Shown here in pieces: positions 29,901 through 40,000 of a DNA stretch of 64,000 bases. Position numbers and translations under genes: made by a program. Under the pieces are notes generated by a model. That model saw only the letters and a list, made by a program, of their open reading frames with translations, did not search any database and had not been told where the DNA came from. The number at the start of each line of letters is the position of its first letter. The stretch's first letter is position 1. The stretch covers positions 8,571 to 72,570 of the forward strand of contig DAOUBX010000124.1 of NCBI GenBank assembly GCA_034432445.1. Reading direction: 5' to 3'. This DNA is from Anaerolineales bacterium (lineage in GTDB: Bacteria > Chloroflexota > Anaerolineae > JAAEKA01).

Positions 29901-32257
29901 TGCGCAGCGCCTACATGCCGCCCATCGACCCTTACTTCGCCGGCGGCACCATCAACTACTACTACTACGGCCACTACCTGGTCAACCTGCTGGTCAAGCT
30001 CACCGGCATCTGGTCGTCCGTGGCCTTCAACCTGGCCATCCCCACCGTGTTCGCGCTGACGGTAGCCAACGTGTTCAGCCTGGGCTATAACCTCGCCGGC
30101 CGGATGAAGCGGGCGCCGGGTGGCGCCGAACGGCCCCACGCCGGCCCTGGGCCAGAGGCGGCGCCGGCTGCCCCCCTCCAGGCCGGCGCCAGCTCGGCTC
30201 GGTTAGAAGAGCCGGACTTACCCCGCAGCGCAGAAATCACCGACGACCAACCACCGATCACCGATCACCGATCACCGTTCACCGATCCGGGGTCACCGTT
30301 CACCGATCCGGGGTCACCGATCACCGATCACCGTTCACCGTTCACCGACCACCGCCTGCTGCGCCCGCGCTGGCTGTGGCACGGGGTGAGCGGCGCGCTG
30401 TTGGCAGTGTTCTTCGTGGCGCTGCTGGGCAACGTGGACGGCGGCGGGCAGGTCCTGCGCAGCCTGGCGCAGCAGTCCCCCAGCAGCTTCAGCAGCAACC
30501 TGCCCGGCGTGCAGACGGCGGTGCGCGCGCTCAGCGGCTTCTGGCATGTGGCGACCACAGCGGCCACCCTGCCCGGCTACCGCTATTGGGACCCCAGCCG
30601 CGTGATCCCCTATACGATCAACGAGTTCCCCTACTGGAGCTTCCTCTTCGCCGACCTGCATCCGCACATGATCGCCATCCCGTTCACGGTGCTCTTCCTG
30701 GCCCTGGCTTACAACTTGCTGGCCGGCTATGGGCAGGGGACGGCGTTGCCGGCGAGCCGTGCTTCCCGGCGGCAGCAGGTCAGCTATTGGCTGCGCAGGC
30801 TGACGGGCAATGGGCTGTACGTAGCGATGGCTCTCAACCTGGGCGCGCTGGCCGTGATCAACACCTGGGACCTGCCCACCTATTTCGGCCTGGCCGTGTT
30901 GGCCTGGCTGGTGCGCGAGTGGCGGTCAGGGCAGTTCAGCGCCGCGCCTGGCCGCGCCCTGCTGCGCACCTTGCTCTTCGCCGGCGGCCTGGGCGTCCTG
31001 TCCATTGCCCTCTACCTGCCCTTCTTCCAGCACTACCAGCCCCTGGCCAGCAGCGGCGTCGGCATCGTCAAAACCAAGACCGAGCTGGGCCTCTGGCTGA
31101 ACATGTGGGGCTTCCTCTTCTTCGCTGCGCTCACGTTCGTTCTGGTTGAGCTGCGCCGCCGACCGCCCAGCCGGTGGCCCGAGGATCCGGCCATCGTGCG
31201 TTGGCTGCGCTTAGCACTGGATCACTTCGCCCGGCTCGGCCGAGCCTTGGCTTTGAGCAAGGCCGGCAGTGTCCGCTTAGGATCAGTGGCCACGACAGCG
31301 CTGCTTCTGCTGGCGGTCGGGCTGCTGGCAACGGCGGCGCTGTGGCTCCTGGGCTTCAAGGTGCCGGCGTTGCTGGTGTTGCCGTTGGCCGCGGCCGGTC
31401 TGCTGCTCTTGCGGCGCAGCGCCACCCCCGAAAACCTGTTCATCGCCATCCTGACCTTCACCGGTCTGCTGGTGCTGCTCGGCGTGGAGTTCGTGTACCT
31501 CAAGGACCACCTGCAGGGCGGCGACTGGCGGCGCATGAATACCCTGTTCAAGTTCTACATCCAGGTGTGGGTCATGCTGGCGCTGGCCGGCGGGGTAGCC
31601 TTGCCGCGCATCTGGGACTTCGTCCAGGGACGCTGGCGGCGCGGCTGGCGCATCGCCTGGTCCGTGGCGTTCGGCTGGCTGCTGCTGCTTTCCCTGGCCT
31701 TTCCGCTCTTTGGCACGCCGGCGCGGCTGGACGACCGCTTCCCGCCGGAAAACGGCCGGCCCCCCATCAGCACGCTGGACGGCATGGCCTACATGGAGCC
31801 GGGCACGTACACCTGGCACCCTGACCCGCAACAAGCGCCCAACACGCGCATCGAGCTGCGCCATGACTACGACGCCCTGCGCTGGCTGCTCGACAACGTG
31901 GAAGGTGCGCCGGTCGTGGCCGAGGCCGTGATCGGCTACTACCGCGAGGGCGGCCTGCGTGTGGCCAGCTTCACCGGCTTTCCCACCTTGCTCGGCTTTC
32001 ACCAGGAGGGGGAGCAGCGCTACGGCTGGCAAACCGGGCCACGCCGCGGCCGGGCCGAGGAGTTTTGGACCACCGTCGATCCGCAACGCGCCCAACAGCT
32101 CATCAACGAGCTGGACATCGACTACATCTACGTCGGCCAGCTCGAGCGCATCGTCTACTCGCCTGAAGCCCTGGCTAAGTTCGACCAGCTCGTGCAACAG
32201 GGCGTGCTGGAGATCGTCTACCGCAACGACGGCGTGGTCATCTATCGCGTGCTGTAG
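26996..32257 (+). CDS. giant polytopic membrane protein, Chlor_Arch_YYY (TIGR03662/DUF2298) two-copy class with PMT/GT-C-like N-terminal region
   Basis: There are dozens of TM helices. The first YYY motif is SYTYGHFPLYLL and the second is INYYYYGHYLVNLL, next to EKFMEFAFLNAILRS. Low-complexity insertions are present (KEGKEG..., RESRETKETRE..., HRSPVTV... repeats). Confidence 0.8.
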   Translation: MTPSPVDARHSSRWLVTLLLLFILLAGFALRVFHVDYADGQLPHPDERSTVAFYAPTIRWPAEGISPLDKRQSPLNPLWSVERQERRSYTYGHFPLYLLVLTANAAHELAPVAERLGASPELVQRLRTANGVPGFAVVGRVIMAVADTATVLLIFLLADRIYGRRRGRWWPGLLAAAFSAFTVLQIQLSHFFAVDPISTTFTVLALYGALRMVEAGRGSGKEGKEGKKGNGGKEGKEGTGGRGGAGAAWAVVCGIGAGLAIASKFSALPILAAPVVAGFLIWWRARRAEPEVDEERAGLGAALLWPLLALGVAVLTFVVTSPFAILDWANFRQAVLVEQGAMVQGKADFPFTRQYRGTLPYLYFIEQQIRWGIGWPLGILAFAGLAWALLKLLIGRGEDGEIVILSWIVPYFGLTGLFLAKFMRYMVPVTPLLMVFAAGLVAAIWYGEVLGRRERRQRKETRESRETKETREMRESGEREGMKGAEEGELALLTVDDSAPSSASVPEPEALSPAGEPEPTSPPADYQPPLTADRSPATVHRSPATVHRSPVTGHRSPVTVHRSPATLRRALAFAIAAIALLGALFWSLAYVNGVYNNTHPWIKASRWIYANVPDGSTIAWEQWDDSLPYDLPEPNSNRGRYRFIDWGPFEEDRAEKFEWLKSTLRTADYLVLSSNRIYGAVDNLPERYPLTNRYYELLFDGQLGYELALKEENRPNLFGIVVDDEHADESFTLYDHPTVHVFRKVRDLSDAEWDALLGGSWEGAQAWYVGEPLLISRIFALFGDEQGQPAPREPGPGEGRSLLLDRPLDELPVVQDFRWNGLASRSPLLAALGWWLAISVIGLAAWPISFALFTNLRDRGFLLARSLGWLIMGWVVWMAASLRIGRNALPFIVAALLGMAAVSILLWRRNRDEMGAFVRVHKRILLFGEALFALAYAFFVLIRLFNPDIWQPWNGGEKFMEFAFLNAILRSAYMPPIDPYFAGGTINYYYYGHYLVNLLVKLTGIWSSVAFNLAIPTVFALTVANVFSLGYNLAGRMKRAPGGAERPHAGPGPEAAPAAPLQAGASSARLEEPDLPRSAEITDDQPPITDHRSPFTDPGSPFTDPGSPITDHRSPFTDHRLLRPRWLWHGVSGALLAVFFVALLGNVDGGGQVLRSLAQQSPSSFSSNLPGVQTAVRALSGFWHVATTAATLPGYRYWDPSRVIPYTINEFPYWSFLFADLHPHMIAIPFTVLFLALAYNLLAGYGQGTALPASRASRRQQVSYWLRRLTGNGLYVAMALNLGALAVINTWDLPTYFGLAVLAWLVREWRSGQFSAAPGRALLRTLLFAGGLGVLSIALYLPFFQHYQPLASSGVGIVKTKTELGLWLNMWGFLFFAALTFVLVELRRRPPSRWPEDPAIVRWLRLALDHFARLGRALALSKAGSVRLGSVATTALLLLAVGLLATAALWLLGFKVPALLVLPLAAAGLLLLRRSATPENLFIAILTFTGLLVLLGVEFVYLKDHLQGGDWRRMNTLFKFYIQVWVMLALAGGVALPRIWDFVQGRWRRGWRIAWSVAFGWLLLLSLAFPLFGTPARLDDRFPPENGRPPISTLDGMAYMEPGTYTWHPDPQQAPNTRIELRHDYDALRWLLDNVEGAPVVAEAVIGYYREGGLRVASFTGFPTLLGFHQEGEQRYGWQTGPRRGRAEEFWTTVDPQRAQQLINELDIDYIYVGQLERIVYSPEALAKFDQLVQQGVLEIVYRNDGVVIYRVL
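28581..28700 (+). repeat. in-frame tandem heptamer repeats (CACCGTT/CACCGGT/CACCGAT) encoding (H/D)RSP(A/V)T(V/G) units inside the YYY gene
   Basis: caccgttcaccggccaccgttcaccgttcaccggtcaccggtcaccgatcaccggtcaccgttcaccgttcaccggccacc. Confidence 0.85.
30251..30352 (+). repeat. second in-frame heptamer-repeat block (CACCGAT/CACCGTT with a GATCCGGGGTCACCGTT variant) inside the same gene
   Basis: It encodes PPITDHRSPFTDPGSPFTDPGSPITDHRSPFTDHR. Confidence 0.85.
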
Positions 32258-32263
32258 TGTGCG

Positions 32264-32290
32264 CACCACGATCTTGGAAGATCGTGGTAC
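32264..32290 (+). terminator. 10-bp perfect stem hairpin just after the YYY-1 stop
   Basis: CCACGATCTTggaAGATCGTGG; there is no U-tract. Confidence 0.35.
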
Positions 32291-32356
32291 AAGCGCGATG
32301 CTCGCAGGCTCTACCATCAACCAATCTACCAATCTGCTCTACCAACCCACCCATCC

Positions 32357-35089
32357 ATGTTGCCACTCCTTGCCTTCTGGCTCATCACTCAGTTGTTCAC
32401 CCTAGCCGCGTGGCCGCTGGCCTGGCGGCTGTTCGCAGCCTTGCCCAGCCGCGGCTATGCCCTGGCCAAGCCGCTGGGGCTGCTCCTGGTCACCTACGTG
32501 CTGTGGCTGGCCGGTAGCCTGGGCTTCCTGCGCAACAGCGCGGGCGGCATCCTCTTCAGCTGGGTCGTTGTGGCGGCGGTCTCGCTGTGGCTAGGCCGGG
32601 CTGGTTGGCAGCGCGACGCAACCGGCCGACGGCCCTGGTTGGTCTGGCTGGCGGCCAACAAGCGGCTGATAGTCGTCACCGAGCTGCTGTTCTTCGTCGC
32701 GTTGGCCGGCTGGGCACTGGTGCGCAGCTACAGCCCGGAGATCACCACGGCCGGCGGCGAGAAGTTCATGGAGCTGACCTTTCTCAACGGCATCCTGCGC
32801 AGCGAGCAGTTCCCCCCCCTCGACCCCTGGCTCTCCGGCTTTGCCATTAGCTACTACTACTTCGGCTACGTCATGCTGGCTGCGCTCACGCGGCTCAGCG
32901 GGCTGGCTGCCGGCGTCGCCTTCAACGTCGGCCTGGCCACGTGGTTTGCCCTGACACTGACGGCCGCCTTCGGCGTCGCCTTTGACATGGCCGCTGCGCT
33001 CCTGGCCCGCGCTTCCGTTCCACCCGCCGCCGCGGCCTCCCAATCTCCCAATCTACCACCTTCCCAATCTCCCAGTCCACCCGCCACTGCGGCGTCCCCC
33101 TCCGCCTACGTTGCCGGCCTGCTCGGCGCGCTCTTCGTCGGCGTGGTGAGCAACCTGGTAGGCTTTCTCGAGTCGCTGCACAACCTGGGCGTGGGCCCGC
33201 TGGCCTTCTGGCGCTGGCTGGACATCAAAGACCTGAACTGCCTGGGCGGGGCGACCTACACCGAGCCGATCGCCAACTGCCCCAGCCCTGGCGGCCTGCT
33301 ACCCGACCGTTTCTTCTGGTGGTGGCGCGCCAGCCGCGTGATCAACGATCGCGATCTGTTAGGCCACGCCGTGGAAGTGATCGACGAGTTCCCCTTCTTC
33401 AGCTTTCTGCTCGGCGACATGCATCCGCACGTGCTGGCGCTTCCCTTCGTGCTGCTGGCCGTCGGTCTGGCGTTGGCGCTGGTGCTGCGCGGGGGAGAGG
33501 AAAAGCTGGGAAAGGAGGGAAAGGAAGGAAACGTGGGCCGAGCGGGCGTCCATCGAGAAGGCGGCGTAGCAGGACTGTCACCGGCCACCGGCCACCGGTC
33601 ACCGGTTACCGGTCACCGGTCTCCGGTCACCGGCCTCCTCAGCGCCTTCCCCCTGGGCGCGGTCGGCTTCGTGCTCTACGCTCTCTGCCTGGGCGGGCTG
33701 GCCTTCCTGAACACGTGGGACTTTCCCATCTACGTCTTCTTGGTGACCTTGGCGCTGGGCGCAGGGTTGGCCTGGCGGCAGGGCGGGCTGAGCTGGGGTG
33801 TGGCCGGACGGGCGCTGCTGGGCGGTTTTGCCCTGGGCGTGGCCGGCGTCGTGCTGTACCTGCCCTTCTACATCGGCTTCCAATCACAGGCCGGCGGCAT
33901 CCTGCCCAATTTCATCTTCCCCACCCGGCTGGCGCAGTTCTTGGTCATGTTCGGGCCGTTGTTGGCAGCCGCAATCTTCTTGTTGCTCGCCCTGAGCACT
34001 GACCGCCGCAACGTGCTGCGGAGCTGGCTGCGCTTCTTTTTGCTAACCGTGCTTGCGCCCATCGCCTTTCTGCTGATCATGCTCATCGTCGGCGTGGCCA
34101 CGCCCGGCGGCCAGGAGCTCATCAGCCGGCTGCGCGACCTGCCCGTGGTGCGCGAGCAAGTGGGCGACGCCTCGCTGGGACAGATCGTTGCGCAAGTGCT
34201 CAGGCTGCGTCTCGGCAGCCCGTGGACCTACCTGCTGCTCGCCGGCCTGCTCGCCTGGGTGCTCGCCTTGCTGGCCCTGTGGGTGCGCGCCTTGGCCAGC
34301 CCCCAACGCCAAGACACCCAATCTACCACTTCACCAAATCTACCAGTCCACCACTCCCCTCCCGTCGCCTTCGCGCTGTTGGCCCTCCTCACCGCCTTTT
34401 TGCTCACGTTCAGCGTGGAGTTCGTCTACCTGCGCGACACCTTTGGTGTGCGCATGAACACGGTGTTCAAGTTCTACTACCAGGCCTGGGTGTTGCTGGC
34501 GCTGGTGGCGGCCTTCGCCGTGGTCTATCTGGCCCACTTTGCCGGCCGCTGGCTGCGCGGCGTGGGGTTGACCGTCATCGGCCTGTTGACGGTCGCCGGG
34601 CTGTTCTACCCCGTGTTTGCCACCTACACCCGCGCTGAGCAGTTCGCGCGGCCGCCTACGCTCGACGGCACGGCCTACCTGGCGCGCGATAACCCCGACG
34701 ACGCAGCCGCCATCGCGTGGCTGCGCGCCAACGTGCCGGGCACGGCCACCGTGCTAGAAGCTCCCGGCGGTTCCTACTCGTACTTCGGCCGCATCTCCGC
34801 CCAGACCGGCCTGCCCACCTTGCTCGGTTGGGACGGACACGAGCTCCAGTGGCGCGGCAACACGGTCGAGCAAGACAAGCGACGGCCCGACATCGACCGC
34901 ATCTACCGCAACGCCCAGGGCGCCGAGCTGCAGCGGCTGCTCGAGACCTGGCAGATCGACTACGTGATGGTCGGCGAGCTGGAGCGGCAGACCTATGGCA
35001 TTTCGCCGCAGTCCGAAGCGCGTTTTGCCCGCGCCATGGACCTGGTGTACGATGGCGGTACTGTGCGCATCTACCGGCGTCGCGGCTAA
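32357..35089 (+). CDS. polytopic membrane protein, Chlor_Arch_YYY (TIGR03662/DUF2298) single-copy class
   Basis: EKFMELTFLNGILRSEQFPPLDPWLSGFAISYYYFGYVMLAAL. It carries the same kinds of simple-sequence insertions (KEGKEG, HRSPVTG x2, SQSPNLPP). Confidence 0.8.
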   Translation: MLPLLAFWLITQLFTLAAWPLAWRLFAALPSRGYALAKPLGLLLVTYVLWLAGSLGFLRNSAGGILFSWVVVAAVSLWLGRAGWQRDATGRRPWLVWLAANKRLIVVTELLFFVALAGWALVRSYSPEITTAGGEKFMELTFLNGILRSEQFPPLDPWLSGFAISYYYFGYVMLAALTRLSGLAAGVAFNVGLATWFALTLTAAFGVAFDMAAALLARASVPPAAAASQSPNLPPSQSPSPPATAASPSAYVAGLLGALFVGVVSNLVGFLESLHNLGVGPLAFWRWLDIKDLNCLGGATYTEPIANCPSPGGLLPDRFFWWWRASRVINDRDLLGHAVEVIDEFPFFSFLLGDMHPHVLALPFVLLAVGLALALVLRGGEEKLGKEGKEGNVGRAGVHREGGVAGLSPATGHRSPVTGHRSPVTGLLSAFPLGAVGFVLYALCLGGLAFLNTWDFPIYVFLVTLALGAGLAWRQGGLSWGVAGRALLGGFALGVAGVVLYLPFYIGFQSQAGGILPNFIFPTRLAQFLVMFGPLLAAAIFLLLALSTDRRNVLRSWLRFFLLTVLAPIAFLLIMLIVGVATPGGQELISRLRDLPVVREQVGDASLGQIVAQVLRLRLGSPWTYLLLAGLLAWVLALLALWVRALASPQRQDTQSTTSPNLPVHHSPPVAFALLALLTAFLLTFSVEFVYLRDTFGVRMNTVFKFYYQAWVLLALVAAFAVVYLAHFAGRWLRGVGLTVIGLLTVAGLFYPVFATYTRAEQFARPPTLDGTAYLARDNPDDAAAIAWLRANVPGTATVLEAPGGSYSYFGRISAQTGLPTLLGWDGHELQWRGNTVEQDKRRPDIDRIYRNAQGAELQRLLETWQIDYVMVGELERQTYGISPQSEARFARAMDLVYDGGTVRIYRRRG
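33577..33634 (+). repeat. in-frame heptamer repeats (CACCGGY) inside YYY-2
   Basis: caccggccaccggccaccggtcaccggttaccggtcaccggtctccggtcaccgg encodes ATGHRSPVTGHRSPVTG. Confidence 0.85.
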
Positions 35090-35101
35090 GCAGTCAGTTC
35101 C

Positions 35102-35152
35102 CCCCTACCCAGTTCCCCGGAAACTTCGAGTTTCCGGGGAACTGGGTAGGGG
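35102..35152 (+). repeat. near-perfect 23-bp-arm palindrome between YYY-2 and the next gene
   Basis: CCCTACCCAGTTCCCCGGAAACTtcgAGTTTCCGGGGAACTGGGTAGGG. Confidence 0.8.
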
Positions 35153-35170
35153 CAACGGCACGATAGCAAC

Positions 35171-36931
35171 ATGACTCCCACCACAGCAACCTTAGGTACT
35201 TACACCGCCCGGCGCTCCCTCCTGGCCTGGCTCACCATGGAGCGTATGGGCTATGGGCTGGCGCTGCTGATAGCGGCCGGCCTGCGCTTGACGGTCTTGG
35301 GCCAGCAGCCGTTCACCCCTGGCGAGGCGACGCAAGCCTGGACCGCCGTGGCGTGGACGCGTGGCCTGGAGACGCTGCCGCCCGCCGGCAGCAGCCCCCT
35401 CCTGCTCAGCCTGCACTATTTCACCTTCCTGTTGCTCGACGCCACCGAGGCCTGGGCGCGCTTTTGGCCTGCGCTGGCCGGTGCGTTGATGGTGCTGCTG
35501 CCTTGGGCTTTGCGCCGTGAGCTGGGCCGGCCGGCCGCGCTGACCGCGGCGCTTGTGCTGGCCATCTCCACCGTGCTCTCCTTTTGGAGCCGCAGCGCCA
35601 CGGGCGAGAGCTTTGCCTTTGCTGCGACCCTGGCGCTGCTTGTTTGCCTGATTGGCATGCAACGGCCCGGCGGGCAGCGCTGGGCCGGCTGGGCTGCCGC
35701 GGCATTGGCTGTGCTGCTCATGTCGGCGCCGGTGGCCTATTCTGCGCTGCTGGCGCTGATCCCCTTGACCGTGATTGCGTGGCGCGGCCGGCAGGCTTTC
35801 GCCGCAAGCGAAGCAGCGCGGCCGGCGTGGCTACAAGCCGGGCTGGTCTTGCTCGTTTTGCTCATCCTAGGCTCCACGGCGTTTCTGACGCAGCCGTCGG
35901 GCCTGGCCGCGCTGGCCGACCTGCCGGCGGTCTGGCTGAACCAGTGGACCCAGGCCAGCGGCTACAGCCTGACCAGCCTGCTGCTGCAGCTCGTGCTCGA
36001 CGAGGCGTTCCTCCTGGTGGTGGGCATTGCCGGGCTGGCCGTGGGGCTTTGGCGCCGCCACCCCTTGGCCCCTGGGCTGGGGGCCTGGCTGTTGGTTGGC
36101 CTGCTCGTGCTGTTGCGCCCCGGCCGCAGCCCTGCCGACCTCGGGGTGTTGGCCGTGCCCTTGGCCCTGCTGGGTGGCCTGGCTCTGTCCGAGTTTGCCT
36201 CCTATTTTCGGCGTACGGTCGTGCGCAGCCAGCCCTGGGAAGGATTTGTGCTCTTCCTCGTTGGCGTCGCGCTGCTGGGCTTCACCGCCATTTGGCTGGC
36301 CGACTACGCCGGCTCCAACCAGGCCGCAACAGACAGGGGCTTTCTCTGGTACGCCTTGTTAGGCATCGGCCTGCTGCTGGCCCTGCTTATCTTCTATGCC
36401 CTGTGGTTCGGCCGCGCGGTCACGCTGGCCACGGCGACGCTGCTCCTGTTGTTGGCCCTGCTCTTGCCCAGCCTGCGCGCCGCCTGGGAGATGACGCACA
36501 ACGTGGATGGGCTGCGCTGGGGGTCCCTGCTGCACACCACGGGCGCCGCCGATGGCCCCAACCTGCCCCCCTTCCTGGCCCAGCTCACGGCGCAAGACCG
36601 GCCCTACGGCGGCGACCTGCGCGATCTGGCTGTGTCCTTAGTCGCCCCACCGGGCACCCCGCCCTCGCCGCTCCTGCGCTGGTATCTGCGCGACGCCAAG
36701 GTGACCGAGGTTCCGGGCGCAAGCGAGAACAGCCGCATCATCGTCGCCCTGGCCGACGCGCCCCTGCCCCTCAGCGACGCCTACAGCGGCCGCAGCTTTC
36801 GTCTCGCTCAAAGCTGGACGCCCGTCGGCTTGAAAGGCGGCGCGCTGTGGCGTTGGCTGATCTTTGGTCACTACGGCCAACCGTTGCAACAAGAGCGCGC
36901 CGTCGTGTGGGTGCGTCAGACCGGCCAGTAG
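35171..36931 (+). CDS. polytopic membrane protein, TIGR03663-like (GT-C fold, PMT/ArnT-like N-terminal similarity), YYY-associated
   Basis: The protein has multiple TM helices with GT-C-like loop spacing. It is adjacent to the TIGR03662 genes in the arrangement typical for this family. Confidence 0.6.
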   Translation: MTPTTATLGTYTARRSLLAWLTMERMGYGLALLIAAGLRLTVLGQQPFTPGEATQAWTAVAWTRGLETLPPAGSSPLLLSLHYFTFLLLDATEAWARFWPALAGALMVLLPWALRRELGRPAALTAALVLAISTVLSFWSRSATGESFAFAATLALLVCLIGMQRPGGQRWAGWAAAALAVLLMSAPVAYSALLALIPLTVIAWRGRQAFAASEAARPAWLQAGLVLLVLLILGSTAFLTQPSGLAALADLPAVWLNQWTQASGYSLTSLLLQLVLDEAFLLVVGIAGLAVGLWRRHPLAPGLGAWLLVGLLVLLRPGRSPADLGVLAVPLALLGGLALSEFASYFRRTVVRSQPWEGFVLFLVGVALLGFTAIWLADYAGSNQAATDRGFLWYALLGIGLLLALLIFYALWFGRAVTLATATLLLLLALLLPSLRAAWEMTHNVDGLRWGSLLHTTGAADGPNLPPFLAQLTAQDRPYGGDLRDLAVSLVAPPGTPPSPLLRWYLRDAKVTEVPGASENSRIIVALADAPLPLSDAYSGRSFRLAQSWTPVGLKGGALWRWLIFGHYGQPLQQERAVVWVRQTGQ

Positions 36932-37043
36932 CGCCAACGCATCACCCGGAGAACAGGATGCCCGGTCGAGCTGTTCTGCCAGCTCTGGCGGTTCACGCTC
37001 CACCTGCTTTCCGTGCCTTCAGTTCAATCGACAATCAACAACC

Positions 37044-40000
37044 ATGAACGACACGTTACGTCAACCCGAAATCCCGCAGACCCAAGACCCGTCAGCCGAG
37101 CCGAGCTGGCTCGACCGCTCGCTGGCCACCCTTTTCACCTGGAACGTCGAAAAGATCGCCTGGCTGGTGCTGCTGGCCGTGGCGCTCGTGATCCGCCTGG
37201 TGGACATCGGGGCGCGCACGGCCAGCCATGACGAAAGCGAACACGCCTGGTTCGCCTATAACCTGTTCGCCGGCAAGGGCTATGAACACAACCCCATCTA
37301 CCATGGGCCGTTCATCTACCACGTCATGGCCCTGTTTTACCTGCTCTTCGGCGACGGCGACGTCACAGCGCGCGTGCCTACGGCGCTCTTTGGTTTCGGC
37401 ATCGTGGCGCTGATGTGGCCGGCGCGGCGCTGGCTGGGCAAATACGGCGCCTTCTTTGCCGCGCTGCTGATCACCTTCTCGCCTGCGCTGTTGCACTATT
37501 CCCGCCACACCCGCCACGACATCTACGAGATCTTCTGGGCGCTTGCATTCATCATCTGCACGTTCCGCTACCTGGAGTACGACGCGCAACGGCCAGCCAA
37601 GTGGCTGTATCTGATCGCCGCCGGCCTTTCGTTGGCGCTGGCCAGCAAAGAGGATGCGTTCATCCACGGCGCGCTGCTGGGCGGCTTTCTGGTGCTCTTC
37701 ATCGCCTATCGCTGGCTACTCTGGCGGCTCAACCCCGATCACCCGGCCGAGGAGCGCGAGGCGCCGCTGAGCGGCGCGCGCCCGCGGGACTGGGCCGTGC
37801 TGGCCGGCATCCTGGCGCTCTCGCTGGTCGGCGCGCTCTTCGTGCGCCTCACCGGCCTGACCAGCGGCACCTACAACAGCAGCGGCGCGGCCGGCGCGCT
37901 GCAGACTGTGCTCCGCCTGCTGCCGATGATTGCGCCGCCGGCCGCGGCGGTCGGCCTGGCGGTCTGGTACATCCGCAAGCGGGAGGCCACAGCGGATGCA
38001 CCTCTGACCTTCAGCTCCGCCACCGACGTCGCCGTGCTGCTGGCGACACTGATCCTGCCCTGGGCATCGCCACTGTTCATCCGCCTGCTGGGCTACGATC
38101 CGCTGGACTACAACTTCCCCGGCGGCATCCTCAGCTCACTGTCGGTGGTGCTGGCGGTCGCAGGCATGGCCGCAGCGATCGGTATCCTATGGAACCGCCG
38201 GCGCTGGCTGATCGCCGCCGGCATCTTCTATGCCATCTTCATCATTCTCTTCACGACCTTCTTCACCAACGGCAAGGGCTGGGCTACGGGGCTGGTAGGC
38301 TCGCTGGGCTACTGGCTGTCGCAACAGGGCGTGGCGCGCGGCTCGCAGCCCTGGTACTACTACGCCTTGATCACGCCCCTCTACGAGTTCCTGCCCATCC
38401 TGCTCACCATCCCGGTGCTGTGGCGCGCCTTCATGCGTCGCAACCTCACCAGCCTGGTGTTGCTTGCGCTCGTGGTGGCGTTCTCGGCCGGCGCCCTCAT
38501 CGCCAACGCAGCCATGCGCAGCGATCCGGCGTCGCTGCCAAGCGGTCTGCACAAGACGCTGGCCCATGGCGCCGTGATGCTCGCCATCCTAGCGACAGCT
38601 TGGGGCGGCTTGATCCGCTTCCCCGGCCGCCGGCAGGCCTTTCTGGCCTTCTTGCCCATGTTCGTCGTCGGCAGTTGGGGCATCTACTCCTGGGCCGGCG
38701 AGAAAATGCCCTGGCTGGTGGCCAGCATTACCCTGCCGATGTGCATCGCCGGCGGTTGGTGGCTGGGGCAGGTGGTAGAGCGCGTGGACTGGGCGGCCGT
38801 GCGCGCCAAGGGCGGCGTCTGGATCGCCGTGCTGGTGCTGCCGCTGCTGGCGGCTCTCGCCGCCCTGTTGGGCAGCCGGCCGTTCCAGGACCGCACGATT
38901 GCCGGCCTCAGCGAGACCAGCCAATGGTTTGGCGCGCTGCTTGTCGCCGCCGTTGCCCTTGCCCTGATCGTCTGGCTGGGGCAGCGGCTGGGCTGGCCCA
39001 ACACGCGGCGTATCATCGGCCTGACGCTTACCGCGCTGTTGGGAATCTGGATGCTGCGCACCACCTACATGCTCAACTTCATCAACTATGACTTCGTGAG
39101 CGAGTACCTGTTCTATGCCCACGCCTCACCCGACCCCAAGATGGTCATGCGCAACCTGGCGGATATGAGCCGACGCACCGTGGGCGACAAACAGCTCAAG
39201 ATCGCCTACGACGACGACTCCTCGTGGCCGTTCAACTGGTATCTGCGCGACTGGCCGAACGCCGTCTACTTCGGCGCCAACCCCACGCGGGAGGTCATGC
39301 AGGACGCGCCGGCCGTGCTGGTGGGCGACAAGAACCTCGACAAAGCCCGCCCTTACCTGCAACGCGACTACTACGAGTTCCGCCACCGGCTGATCTGGTG
39401 GCCAGACGAGAGCTACAAGAGCGTCACCTGGGAGAAGATCAAAGCCGGCATCACCGATCCCATCAAGCGCAAGGAGTTCCTGGACGCCGTGCTGTGGCGC
39501 GAATACCGCACGCCGATGTCGGAATGGCCGTTGGTGCATCGTTTCAGCTTGTTTGTGCGCAAGGACGTCGCCAACCAACTGTGGGACTTCGGCGCGCAGC
39601 CGGCCACTGCGCCGGCCTTTGTCGATCCCTACGAAAAAGGGCTGCGCCAGATAGCCGCCTATCAGACCATCGGCAGCGGCCCAGGCGCGGCGCCCGGCCT
39701 GCTCAACCTGCCGCGCAACGTCGCCGTTAGTGACGACGGCGCATTCCTCGTAGCCGACAGCGGCAACCATCGTATTCAGGTGTTCGCTCCTGACGGCAGC
39801 CTCGTCACCCAATGGGGCAGCTCCTGCGAACTGTACACCGCTGACCTGCCGGGCTGTGTCGATCCCGACGGGGCCGGCCCGCTGGAACTGGGCGACGGCC
39901 AGATGCGCGAGCCGTGGGGCATTGCCGTCGGGCCGCAAGGCAACATCTATGTCGCCGACACATGGAACCATCGCATCCTGGTGTTCGACCGCGCGGCCAA

